The position numbers and the translations under genes were made by a program. This document shows, in pieces, positions 50,400 through 61,623 of a stretch of DNA of 64,000 nt. The notes under the pieces are model-generated. The model was not told the origin of the DNA, made no database searches, and saw only the letters and a program-made list of their open reading frames with translations. Location: assembly GCA_038087875.1 (NCBI GenBank), contig CM075990.1:5458001-5522000 (forward strand). Direction: 5' to 3'. The DNA is from Malacoraja senta (lineage: Eukaryota). Each line of letters starts with the position of its first letter. Position 1 is the first letter of the stretch.

Positions 50400-51000
50400 T
50401 TTGCTTTCTTGTGCAAGAGTCAGGAAGTCGTGCTGCAGCTTTATTTTTAGTTCGGTTCAGCCACATTTGGAGTATTGCATACAGTTCCCATTCTGGAAGG
50501 ATGTTGAGGCTTTGAAAAGGGCGCAGGGGAGGTTTACCAGGATGTTGCCTGGATTAGCGGGAATTAGCTACAGGGAGAGGTTGGACAGACTTGGATTGTT
50601 TTCTCTGGAACGCCAGAGGTTGCGGGGAGCTGATAAAGTTATATAAATTTATGAGAGACATAGATAGGGTAGACAGTCAGAAACTTTTACACAGAATGGA
50701 AAAATCAAATATTAGAGGACATACTGTAGCTTCAAGGTGAGAGGGGCAAAGTTTAAACGAGATGTCCGGGGCAACTTTTTAACACAGAGGGTGGTAGATG
50801 CCTGGAACGTGCTGCCAGGATTGGTGGTTGTGTAGATATCATTAGTGGCAATTACACGTTTTTTGGACAGGCTTATGGATATTAAGGGAATGGGAGGGAT
50901 ATGAATCATGTGCAATAGTTAGTTTTGGCATCATGTTCGGCACAGACATGTGGGTCAAATAACCTGTTCTTGAACTGTACTGTTCTTTGTGCTATGTTCT
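50400..51000 (+). mobile_element. CR1/HER1 LINE 3' fragment
   Basis: VQPHLEYCIQF...RFTRMLPGL.GISYRERLDRLGLFSLE. Confidence 0.88.
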
Positions 51001-51209
51001 CTGTTCGATTGAGTTGCAAATCCAAAAATAAAAATCATTTTGACTGAGTTATCAATTCACTTATCATGCTAAGTTAAAAATATGTACTTTAAGGCCAAAT
51101 GTTTGATCAATTTTCGACTGCTGATGAAAGGTTTGTAAGCCACTACAATAAGGAGTAAAACATAGCAACGCAATGTTGCTGTAGGAACTTGCCCTGAGAA
51201 CCAATTCCA

Positions 51210-51500
51210 CAGTGGCACTGGGGAAGAGTTGCTGCCTCAGTGCCAGAGACCCGGGTTTGATCCTTCGTGTGTTGTCTGTACGGAGTTTGTATGTTCTCCC
51301 TGTGACCACGTGGGTTTGCTCTGGGTGCTCCGGTTTCCTCCCACATTCCTAGGACATGCATGTTTGTAGATTAATTGGCTTCTGTAAATTGTTTCAAAGT
51401 GTGTTGGATAGAACTAGTGAACGGGTGCCTGTTAGACAACATGGACTTGGTGGGTTGAAGGGCCTGTTTTTACGCTCTATCTCCAAACTAAACTGAAACT
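51210..51500 (+). mobile_element. HE1-like V-SINE
   Basis: Same consensus. Further minus-strand copies at ~44635-44860, 48964-49168 and 53395-53635. Confidence 0.85.
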
Positions 51501-51739
51501 ACTAAAGTCTACCTTCTGCGTCACTGTGCCCAACAGTGATCTACTTTGACCCCTGTTCCTGCTTGGCAGAATATGAGGTGAGAGGGGTTTATTTATCACA
51601 TAAATTGCCCTTGAATTCTGCTTTAACATTTGTTATGTAGGCTCGTATGAAATAGAAGCAGGAGTAAGTTATATGGCACACAAAAATGCTGGAGAAACTC
51701 AGCGGGTGCAGCAGCATCTATGGAGCGAAGGAAATAGGC

Positions 51740-51767
51740 AACGTTTCGGGCCGAAACCCTTCTTCAG
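51740..51767 (-). ncRNA. Minimal hammerhead ribozyme core
   Basis: Core identical to the 42687 copy. Confidence 0.55.
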
Positions 51768-52459
51768 ACTGATAGGGGGTGGGGAGAAGAAAGGAAAAAG
51801 GAAAAAGGCAGAGGAGGAGCCCGAGGCTGGGGGAGGGGAGGAGACAACCAGATGGCCAAGTTATATGGCCTTTTGCCATTCAAAATGATCGACATTCAAG
51901 CTCCTCTTTCCTTCCTGTTCCGCAGAGCCCCTTGCTTTTCTATAGACCAAAAAAAATCTTGGTCTTAAATATATTCAATACATCAGTCTCCATCCTCTCG
52001 TTTTTCGGGCATTCACAATCATCTGATATTCCAGTGTTTCTTGTGTTTCTTGTGTTTCAACCTGTGTGAATTTGAGCTCTTGACACTCCTCATCTCTTTA
52101 TTAAATGGGAGAAATTATGATCTCTATTCTGAATTTTCCAAACACACTCTCCGTTTCTACGTTGTCAGACGCTTTTATATTTCAATAAGATTATCTCTCG
52201 TTCTTTTCTCACTGAATCAAGATCCAACTTACTCAATCCTCCCTTTAAAATAACCCACTGCTGACCTTATTTGAACAATTATAATAATTTTTTTAAGCTT
52301 TTGGTGCTGCCGTTGACTTTATAGACGTTTATGAATTTTTGAGGGATAAATGTTTTTGTAAACCAGTGAGAAGCCATTTTTATCCTTTATTCATTTGATT
52401 AGATTTATAGAAATCCTGTTTTAAGCAAAAATTTAACCATAATGTACAAATCTACTTAC

Positions 52460-52608
52460 GCTTTTTCAAGTATTGCCATTTCTGAAGGTTGCAGTTCAAA
52501 CCCGTCTAGATTGAGTGCTCTTCTGAAGTTATTCTTCAGGATACGTCCACTGTTCAACTTGTCAAAGTCCTTCATATGATCACCAATCCTGACCCGGTTT
52601 CTGTACAC
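52460..52608 (-). CDS. EF-hand repeat protein exon (149 bp): VYRNRVRIGDHMKDFDKLNSGRILKNNFRRALNLDGFELQPSEMAILEK(A)
   Basis: ggctcag|GTG...GC|gtaagt, phase 0/2. DFDKLNSGRI EF-hand-like loop. Confidence 0.88.
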
Positions 52609-52669
52609 CTGAGCCAACACAAAGTAACTGAGGAACAGCTGACAACATGGCACATATTCAAAGCATCAT

Positions 52670-53135
52670 ATGGAGTGGATGTGGAGATGATGCTTCCAGT
52701 AGTGGGAGCATCAAGGGCCAGAGGGCACAGACACAGAATGAAAAGATGGACCTTTAGAATGGAGATGAGGAGGAATTTCTTTAGCCAGAGGGTGGTGAAT
52801 CTGTGGAATTCATCACCCCGGATGGCTGTGGAGACCAAGATATTTTTAAAGCTGAGATTTATAGGTTCTTGTTTAAGAAGGAACTGCAGATGCTGGAAAA
52901 TCGAAGGTAGACAAAAATGCTGGAGAAACTCAGTGGGTGAGGCAGCATCTATGCAGCGAAGGAAATAGGCAACGTTTCGGGCCCAGACCCTTATAGGTTC
53001 TTGATTAGTGAGGGTGTTGAAGGTTACGGAGAGGAGAATAGAGTTGAGAGTGAAAAATAGATTAGCCATGATCGAATGACGGAGCAGACTCGATGGGCTG
53101 AATGATTACAGGAATTCTGTTGCTATGTCTTATGG
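52670..53135 (+). mobile_element. CR1/HER1 LINE fragment with a nested pLTR (52872-52990)
   Basis: EMRRNFFSQRVVNLWNS; insert flanked by TSD TTATAGGTTCTTG at 52859 and 52991. Confidence 0.85.
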
Positions 53136-54542
53136 ACTTGCCCAACCCCAATCAATCCTTATTCTCCCTGCTCCCATCCAGCAGAAGGTACAGAAGCTTG
53201 AAAGTGCACATCACCAGATTCAAGACAGCTTATCTCCCTCCTTTATCAGGCTTCCGAATGGTCCTTCCATAAGCTAGGGTAATTGTTCGATTCACTTCTA
53301 CCCCAGTGAGTACTTGAGTTAGAACTTAGTGTATCCACTACGTATGTACGGTCTATCAGATCTGTATGGATAGCATGCAAAACAAAGCTTTGCCAGCAAC
53401 CAGCGATCACCCCTTACACTCTCCTATACACTAGGGACAATTTACAATTTTTACTGAAGCCAAATGACCTACAAACCTGTATGTCTTTGGAGTGTTGGAG
53501 GAAACCGGAGCACTGAGAGAGAGCCCACGCGGTCACAAGGAGAACACACAAACTCCATACAGTCAGCACCCGTAGTCAGGATCGAACCTGGATATCTGGA
53601 GCTGTAAGGCAGCAACTCTAACACTGCCCCACCATGCTTCCCCTGGATGGAGGATAGCAGACTTCCCTCTTTAATGTCTGTCAATGAACAAGCTTTCACA
53701 ACAACTGTCACCGTTATGGTCATTATTTCTGATAAATAATTTTTTTTTTTCCAAGCTCGATATATTTATTTTCTTATTTGGCATCTAACTTGCCAGACAG
53801 ACATGATGGGATTTGAAGTCGTAATTGCAGATCCTTGGGGGAGTAATGAACGTGTATTATACAAGGTGTAATAGTGCAGCGTTGCTCTGCTATCATGCCC
53901 CATAGAATGGAGAGGGTTACAGAGAGAGCAGGATTTAAAACAGCTGTTGAAATCGAGTTGTTGCAAATCCATAAGCAAATGTTAGAGATCCGACCGCCGG
54001 CCCGCGGCCTACAACATCTTTAAGCCACGGTCTGTGGTGCTTCTAACCGCGGCACGGCGAGGACTTAGATCTTCGACCGCCGGCCTGCGGCCTACACCAT
54101 CTTGAAGCCACGGTCTCCGGTAGGGAAGCACCGATTCGGGCCTTACCTTGCCTGCACATCTGGCCACCCGCAGCGGCAACTGCAGCGGTTTATGGTCCCG
54201 AAAATGGAGGAGGACTGACTGAACTTTGTGCCTTCCACCACAGTGATGAATGTTTGTGTTCAATTTTTGTGTGTATTGTGTGTTTTATTCTTATTGTACC
54301 GCTGCTGGCAAGTTCATTTCACTGCACTTTTGTGTATGTGACGAATAAATCTGACTATTAACTATTGACTAGTGAACGGATCCAGGAACCACGGATGAAG
54401 GGGATTTGATCCAAGTTAGAATACAGAATACTGAAGATTCAGATTTATGTTGGGTAACAGTGGATTGATGTGATATTGGAAATGGGATGAATGGGATGAA
54501 TGGGACCAGTACATTACAATAAATTGTGCACATTATGTTTAC

Positions 54543-54651
54543 CTTGGTTTTAATCTTTTCTAAGATGCAGTTAATGTCATTCGAGGCCCCCAGTTCATGG
54601 ATTCCCTTAAAATCGTTCAGCTGCTGAATCTCATCCATCAGTTTGTCATAC
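54543..54651 (-). CDS. EF-hand repeat protein exon (109 bp): (M)YDKLMDEIQQLNDFKGIHELGASNDINCILEKIKTK
   Basis: cttacag|G...AAG|gtaaac, phase 2/0. In frame with both neighbouring exons. Confidence 0.85.
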
Positions 54652-54955
54652 CTGTAAGATTGATAAAAGAGTATCAACATTTTTTTTTTTTAAACAACGA
54701 GCTTCTGATGTCCCACAGCCTGATAATTAAACTAACCAGATCCAGGGTACAGCCATTTTTGTCCTAGATCCATCTCAGCTCAGTTCAGGGTCAATCTCAG
54801 TACCCCCAGTGCCCGGTCCTAAGGCCTCTGGTTTCCCCAAGGAGAGAAGGGTTGAAAAATAATGAGGTAGAGAAAAGTGGAAGAAGAGGAGTTGAGGCCA
54901 GCATAGATCAACTACAATCGTATTAAATGGTGGGACTTGAAGAGCATGCTCCTAT

Positions 54956-55383
54956 TTCTTCTTAGGCCCCCCTCGGTCATGGCTGACCATGGGTGTCTCC
55001 AGGGTGTTATTCCCTATATGGAGGACGCCTGTGCGTGACTTTGTTTAACGTGGGGAGACTGGTGCACAGACAGCCACCCCACTGTCCTTGACATATCTGG
55101 GTCAGGTTCCAGTGGCATGGAGTCCAAGACGACCGGAGACCCTTTTCTGCTGCAGCCTTCATCCTCCTTCCCAGCTGTTGTGAAGCTCCACAAGGGTCAG
55201 CCATCATCCTCCGCCTGTTCCACAGTTGAAGTCTTGGTTGGATTGCTCTTTGTCAGAGACCTCCCCCTCGACCTTACCACCATGGGTGGCCCTACCGGGA
55301 GCATAGCTCCAGACGGCATCGCTCTCAGGATCTCAGGTCCACACAAGCGTCTCCACCACGACAAGGTGACAATCCGCAGGGAA
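54956..55383 (-). mobile_element. Non-autonomous RTE-like retroposon with (AAG)n tail
   Basis: Same ~350-bp body as 10227-10581; flanked by a TGCTCCTAT repeat. Confidence 0.6.
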
Positions 55384-56382
55384 GCCTGCTCCTATGTTCT
55401 TGTATTTTTTTATGTTCTTGTGAAATCATTATGTCCAGGATCCAACCCTTGACAACCCAGAGGCCATCTCATCAAACCTCAGTGTCAAACTCCCAAATGC
55501 CCAAAGTCCAACTCTCCAAAGTACATTGTGCTGTGGCTCAGAATCCAACTCACAATGTCCTAGTTTCCTAATCTGCATGTCGAAGAACCAAAGATACCAA
55601 TGTCCAACACCTAATCTACCATGGTCCAGACTGCAAGGTGCTATAACCAATCCCAAGTGCAAATGGACCAACATACAACCAGCAATGTCATGGCACTATT
55701 CTGTAGGTTTGTGAAGACATGAGTAATTGCGATCCATTGCGGGATAGAATATGGGCCACGGGGTTTTGTATGAGCTGAAGTTTACTGTGGGTGGAGGATG
55801 GGAAGACAGCCAGAGTAATGGATTAATCTGTGATCTTTAACTGATCGTTCAGTCATCTTTCCCTCAAGAGTTACCATGCGTGGGACTTGTGGGAGACCTC
55901 TCTCCTGGTACTCTTAACCACTGTAGAACATTTGACATGGTCAACCAGCACATCGTCATCCATCATCATTCTTTTGATGAAGTCCATATATTGGGCCCTT
56001 TACCCATTCACCTGTGGCCAGAATATCTCCAGGGTTAGCTTCTTCTTCTATTTTTCACTGATATCTCTCAATGATATTGGCCTTGGCATCTCTATGATAA
56101 TAGGGATGCAGTCGGCCTGGGCTCTATTGCACATCACTAACTTGTGCAAGGAGGTAAAGGAGGATAAGATTTCCCTACTGGCTGGTAACCTTTCAAAATC
56201 CACCATCAAGACTGAAATATTGGCAAAGCCCATTTGCCAGAGAATTGCTGAATCTGTGATAATGTAATATACTCACTTCAGGGTTTGGAGGAGGCAAGGT
56301 GGGGGCAGGGAATGAAGTCAAGCCTCTTCTTCTGATCTCTCGGCAAAGCCTGTATCATCCAGTAATGAACATCCATACTCAC

Positions 56383-56556
56383 ATCTCTTCAGGCTTCGGC
56401 TGGGGATCTACTTGGTCCAGGAATCTGACATAGTTGACGCCCAGTTCATCTGAGAACACTTTCTCCAGCAAATCCACCTCGTTCTCTGTCACTTCTATAT
56501 TCAGCAGAGCAAGAGATCGATGAAACTGAGACCGAGACAAGTGGCCTTTGTTTTCC
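56383..56556 (-). CDS. EF-hand repeat protein exon (174 bp): (K)ENKGHLSRSQFHRSLALLNIEVTENEVDLLEKVFSDELGVNYVRFLDQVDPQPKPEE(M)
   Basis: atctag|G...AT|gtgagt, phase 2/2. Completes the DFDK-ENKGHL loop and the VNY..F second hand. Not listed in the ORF track. Confidence 0.88.
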
Positions 56557-56831
56557 CTAGATATATGACAGCAACAACATTAGGAACATGGATGCCACAG
56601 TGGACTATTTATCTCCTAAACTCTGTTCTACCATTCATTAACGTCCATGTCACTTGCCATGGTTCTCTGAATATAAAGAACAAACATAGAGAGTTGTGTA
56701 GGAAGGAACTGCAGATGCTGGTTTAAACTGGATAGGCACAAAAAGCGGGAGTAACTCAGTGGGACAGGCAGCATCTCAGGAGAGGAATGGGTGATGTTTT
56801 GGGTTGAGACCCTTCTTCAGACTGGTTAGGG

Positions 56832-57059
56832 CAAGGGTTCCCAACCTGGGGTAAATTTACCCCCTGGGGGTAAATTTTGCCTACCCAGGGGATAAATTTG
56901 TTGATTCAGGATTTGTACATATTTTTTCTCATTGACTAACTGTGTTTGCTTCTGGTACACCAGTTCATCATTAGTTGTTCATCAATAAGTGAAATAACAT
57001 TGTTATGTGGTATTAAAGTTGCCAGGGGTGAACGGGACGAAAATGGTTGGGAACCCCTG
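56832..57059. mobile_element. hAT (Charlie-like) MITE
   Basis: TIR CAAGGGTTCCCAACC / GGTTGGGAACCCCTG; 8-bp TSD GGTTAGGG at 56824 and 57060. Confidence 0.88.
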
Positions 57060-57239
57060 GGTTAGGGATAAGGGAAACGAGAGATATAGACGATGATGTG
57101 GAGAGATAAGGAACAATGAATAAAGGAACGATGATAAAGGAAACAGGCCATTGTCAGCTGTTTGTAGGGTAGCTAGTGCGACTTGGGTGGGGGAGGGGTA
57201 GAGAGAGAGGGAATGCCGGGGCTACCTGAAGTGAGAGAA

Positions 57240-57975
57240 ATGAATGAATGAATGAATGAATAAGTTTATTGGCCAAGTATTCACATACAAAGAATTTGCC
57301 TTGGTGCTCCGCCCGCAAGTGACAACATGACATACAGTGACAGTTAGGAATGACACATAAAACATTAAACATTAATAATAAAACATTATTGATTAAACAT
57401 TTCTAAAAATGCCAGAGCAAAAGGAGGCTACAGATTTTTGGTTATTGAGTAGAGCTATTACTCGTGGAAAAAAAGCTGTTTTTATGTCTGGCTGTGGCAG
57501 TTTTGACAGTCCGGAGTCGCCCTCCAGAGGGAAGTGATTCAAAGAGTTTGTGGCCAGGGTGAGGGGGGGTCAGAGATGATCTTACCTGCTCGCTTCCTGG
57601 CCCTTGCAGTGTACAGTTCGTCAATGGAAGGAAGGTTGCAGCCAATAACCCTCTCAGCTGATCGGACGATTCGCTGCAGCCTCTGGATGTCGTGCTTCGT
57701 GGCTGAGCCAAACCAGACCATGATGGGGAAGTTGAGGACAGACTCTACGATGGCCGTGTAGAATTGGACCAACATTGCCTGTGGCGGATTGTGCTTCCTC
57801 AGCTGCCGCAGGAAGTACATCCTCTGTTGTGCCTTTTTGACTGTGGAGTCGATGGTAGCCCCCCATTTAAGGTCCTTGGAGATGATGGTTCCCAGAAACT
57901 TAAAAGACCCCACAGATATGACTGTATCTGTTGATGGTGAGTGGGGTGAGTGGAGGGGGAGCTCTCCTAATGTCT
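57240..57975 (-). mobile_element. Rex1/Babar-type LINE 3' fragment
   Basis: ORF 57539-57913 FKFLGTIISKDLKW...KKAQQRMYFLRQLRK; (ATTC)n tail. Confidence 0.88.
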
Positions 57976-58249
57976 AAAGTCTGACAATATTCATACCACT
58001 GGGCTGTAAGCTGCCCAAGCGAAATATGAGATGCTGTTCCTCCAATTTGCATTTAGCCTCACTCTGACAATGGAGGAGACCTAGGACAGAAAGGTCTGTG
58101 TAGGAATGGGAAGGAGAATTAAAGTGTCCAGCTGTTTAGTGGTTAGTTAGAGTGTTTGTATGCAGTTTTGGTTGCTATACCATAGAGAGAATGTGATTGA
58201 CCTGGAAGCAGTGCAAAGTAGATTCACCAGGATATTGCCTGGGGGGGAG

Positions 58250-58850
58250 TTGGGGGAAACTTTTTCTAATCTTTTACCTCGACGGAGATGCGATTGTTTT
58301 CTGTATCGTATCTCCGTCCGCACTGCGGCCTAACATCGAGGAGTTGGCGGCCTTTGCTGGAGATCGACCGGGAGCTCCATCGTGGAGGCCTGCGGGACTT
58401 ACCATCACGGAGTTCACGATCCCTGTCGGGGATCGACTTTGGGGCTCCAACCGTGGGTGCCGACGGACTTTAACATCGCGGAGCCCGTGGTCTCTGGTTA
58501 GAGACCGACATCGGAGACTCCAAACCGCAGGAGTTTCGACCGCCCCAACGCGAGAGTTTCGACCGCCCCGACGTGGGAGTTTCGATCGCCACGATGTGGG
58601 GGCTTCGATCCCCCTGACTGCGGATGGTTCGACTGCCCCAACCGCGGGAGAATAAAGATGAAGGAGATTGGACTTTATTGCCCTCCATCACAGTGAGGAA
58701 TGTGGGGAATCCACTGTGGTGGATGTTTATGTAACTTTTATGTAGTTGTGTGTCTTGTTGCTTTTTTTTTAGTATGCCTGTATAGTAATTTGAATTTCAC
58801 TGTACCTTAATTGGTACATGTGACAATAAGCTGACCTTGAAACCTTGAAA
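58250..58850 (+). repeat. Unclassified interspersed repeat with TTCGACCGCCCC subrepeats and a LINE-like tail
   Basis: Shares the GCC(T/C)TCCATCACAGTGA...TGTGGTGGATG block with ~32880-33250 (-) and partly with ~53990-54365 (+). Confidence 0.55.
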
Positions 58851-59098
58851 TCATTCCTGAATCTGGAGTTGTGCGTTTTCACACTTCTCTACCTTTTGCC
58901 TGATGGGAGAGGGGAGAAGAGGGAGTGACCAGGGTGCGACTCGTACTTGATTATGCTGCTGGCCTTGCCGAGGCAGCGTGAGGTATAAATGGAATCAATA
59001 GAAGGGAGGTTGATTTGTGTGATGGCATGGGCTGCGTCCACAATTCGCTGCAATTGCGTACGGTTCTGGATGGAGCTGTTTTCAAACCAAGCCGTGAT

Positions 59099-59380
59099 CA
59101 TCATCATCATCATATTCGTTGAAAACATCAACGGTCACAGTGCCTTACAATGCAATGTACGACAGTGATCGCAACTTCTACTGAAGTGTGGATGGCCGTT
59201 GACTCATCCGCCCTTTGACCAGTCTTGTTATTAGTCCTGCTGGGGGTCCACAGCCCCCTCCTCACCTGGCAAACCAGGTGGGGGAGATGGTTTAGTCACC
59301 GACTATCCAACCATGGAGCAGGTAGCACGGGATTACATGGTACCCGTGGTGGGGGGACTCCTCCCGACCTGAATCCTAGG
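59099..59380 (-). mobile_element. Short non-coding retroposon with (GAT)n tail, inserted in a Rex fragment
   Basis: TSD AGCCG(T/C)GAT at 59090 and 59381. Confidence 0.65.
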
Positions 59381-59510
59381 AGCCGCGATGCATCCTGATA
59401 AATCGCAGCAAACAGCCTGGCAAAACTCACTGGATGTTGTAATTATGGCCTTTTTGTTTAAAGATTACATACAATGTTTTACCATATAAAGAAACAAATA
59501 GCCAACGTAC

Positions 59511-59715
59511 TTGTCAAAATCATTGAATACGGGGTGTGTTATGAGACACCTGTGGCTGATTCGCTCTTTCAGACGACACATCAAAGATTCGAACTGAGTT
59601 CTCTCTGGAGCATTTAAGATGTCTGCATCCACTGTGCCAACTTTGGGCAGCAGGTAAGTCTCTAATGGTGGAACCTTTACAGTGGGTGACTTCTCCAATT
59701 CAGGGATGGTGAACA
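59511..59715 (-). CDS. EF-hand repeat protein exon (205 bp): (V)FTIPELEKSPTVKVPPLETYLLPKVG...RLKERISHRCLITHPVFNDFD(K)
   Basis: ctttccag|TG...AA|gtacgt, phase 1/2. Confidence 0.88.
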
Positions 59716-59794
59716 CTGGAAAGAGAATTGGCACAAATTAAATAGTGCAAAGAGATAGAAGTAATGTCCATCCATCGCATATAACACAAAATCC

Positions 59795-60630
59795 TCCCAA
59801 ATGTTTGATGCCTACAACGGAGTCCCAACACTAGTCACATCTTCCCATCTCCACCCCTTTCCGCCTTCCGCAGAGACCGTTCCCTCCACCACTCCCTGGT
59901 TAACTCATCACCTTCCCACCCAAACCACCCTCTCCCCAGGTACCTTCCCCTGCAACTGCAGAAGATTCAACACCTGTCGCTATACCTCCTCTCTCAACTC
60001 TGTCCAGGGACCCTGACAGTCCTTTCAGGTTAGGCAGAGGTTCACTTGCACCTCCTCCAACCTCATCTAACGTATCCGTTGTTCAAGGTGTGGACTCTTA
60101 TACATCAGCGAGACCAAACGTAGACTGGGCGATCGTTTCGCTGAACACCTCCGCTTAGTCCGCCTGAACCTACCTGATCTCCCGGTTGCTAAACACATTA
60201 ATTCTCCTTCCCATTCCCACACAGATCTTTCTGTCCTAGGTCTCCTCCAATGTCAGAGTGCGGCTAAACGCAAATTGGAGGAACAGCATTTCATATTTCG
60301 CTTGGGCAGCTTACAGCCCAGGGATATGAATATTGATTTCTCTAACTTCAAGTAACCCTGGTATTCCCTCTCTCTCTATTCCTCCCCCACCCAAGTCACA
60401 CCAGGTTCCCATTTTTACCCAACAAACAGCTAACAATGGCCTCTTTCGTTTATCATCGTAACTTTTTTGCATATATTGCATTCATTGTTCTTCATCTCTC
60501 TACATCATCGTCTATATCTCTCGTTTCCCTTATCCCAAACTAGTCTGAAGAAGGGTCTCGACCCGAAATGTCACCCATTCCTTCTCTCCAGAGATGATGC
60601 CTGTCCCACTGAGTTACTCCAACCTTTTGT
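59795..60630 (+). mobile_element. Penelope-like element 3' fragment (GIY-YIG + pLTR with hammerhead-like core)
   Basis: FPCNCRRFNTC...FTCTSSNLI*RIRCSRCGLLYISETKRRLGDRFAEHL...KLEEQHFIFRLGSLQP.DMNIDFSNFK*, then CTGAAGAAGGGTCTCGACCCGAAA at 60545. Confidence 0.9.
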
Positions 60631-60801
60631 GTTAGTCTGGATTATAAGTCAGGTAAACACAGTCTAGGATTCAAAAGCGCAACAGCATAAAATGGCAAAT
60701 CAATAGAGTTACATGGAGAAAGTCAATAGCTTTTAAAGACATTTTCTGTTGCTCCTTCTATCTCTGTCCCCAAATTATGGTTCATGTAAAAGGTTTAGTA
60801 C

Positions 60802-61000
60802 CTGAGTCAATGTCTTTGGTGAAATTAGTCCATATAATATGGCCAGGTTTAAAGGGATCTTCATAACAATTCGCCAGAGCACTGAATTGAGCATCATTTA
60901 GTTCTGGGTCAAATCCTATCATACCAAGAACCCTCCTAAAGACTGATGCAGGGATTCTTCCACTGCGCAAAGGGTCAAAGTCCTCAATGAAGTCAACAGT
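60802..61000 (-). CDS. EF-hand repeat protein exon (199 bp): TVDFIEDFDPLRSGRIPASVFRRVLGMIGF...PGHIIWTNFTKDIDS
   Basis: ccctttcag|ACT...TCAG|gtacta, phase 0/1. DFDPLRSGRI loop. Confidence 0.9.
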
Positions 61001-61441
61001 CTGAAAGGGAAAACAGTTTAGTTAGACTCACTGACTATAGTCCTGTCTTTAGCTCAATCTGGGTGCAGATACCAGCTGGGATCTGCCTGTGGCATCGTTC
61101 TTCAGCAGCCATATTATATGAATCAGAGACTGGATGAGGATTCACAAGTTCACAAGTTATAGGGGTAGAATTAGGCCATTCGGCCCATGGAGTCTACTCC
61201 ACCATTCAGGATGATTCCTGGGAGCAGCTTCTAACGCTGACAGCTTGGGTACCAGAGACCTTGTGGATGGGTTGGGGCAGGGGTGTCCTTTCGCAACATC
61301 GCCTCCCATCTCCCACACCAGTTGGCTACATGTAGCACAACCAGTCCCTGCTTAAGGCAGATGCCCAAAGGAAAGAAGGGAGAATTTGAACCAGAAATGA
61401 TGAAAGTAAACAAGGAGAGAAAGTGGAATCTGTGAACTCAC

Positions 61442-61623
61442 CCTGACTCTGTTGACCAAAATATGGTGGCGGAGTCGGGCCATCAACTCGCCCACATCCA
61501 GCTCACCGCTCTCTATCTTTTTCTCTTGTTTAAAGCCGACTTCTTGTTCCTCAGGCGAAATCTCAATTGGTTTAATTGCTGGTAATTCGGCCTCGAAGGA
61601 ATCCACTCTGAAACCTGTAAAAT
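61442..61623 (-). CDS. EF-hand repeat protein exon (182 bp, or 173 bp with the alternative acceptor at 61614): FTGFRVDSFEAELPAIKP...DVGELMARLRHHILVNRVR
   Basis: caatcag|AT (or ttttacag|GT)...AGG|gtgagt, phase 1/0. I found no further upstream exon inside the window. Confidence 0.82.

Larger units (their letters stand above)
56695..58128 (-). mobile_element. Penelope-like 3' fragment split by a hAT MITE and a Rex-type LINE
   Basis: pLTR at 56695-56831 and 57060-57240; endonuclease tail resumes at ~57985 (caatattcatacc). Confidence 0.8.

Noticed and set aside
50003..50646. 204-aa ELEM-repeat and 137-aa PAPS-repeat ORFs
   Set aside because: Hexamer repeat plus LINE remnant in an intron; no splice or homology support.
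55870..56265. Minus-strand frame of ~130 codons with two stops, and a 126-aa plus-strand ORF
   Set aside because: No recognisable homology, and the flanking EF-hand exons join in frame without it; compatible with chance.
56271..56276. Second GTGAGT donor 106 nt past the exon end at 56383
   Set aside because: Using it would shift phase and break the join to the next exon.
56824..56831. GGTTAGGG as an interstitial telomeric repeat
   Set aside because: Single unit, explained as the hAT target-site duplication.
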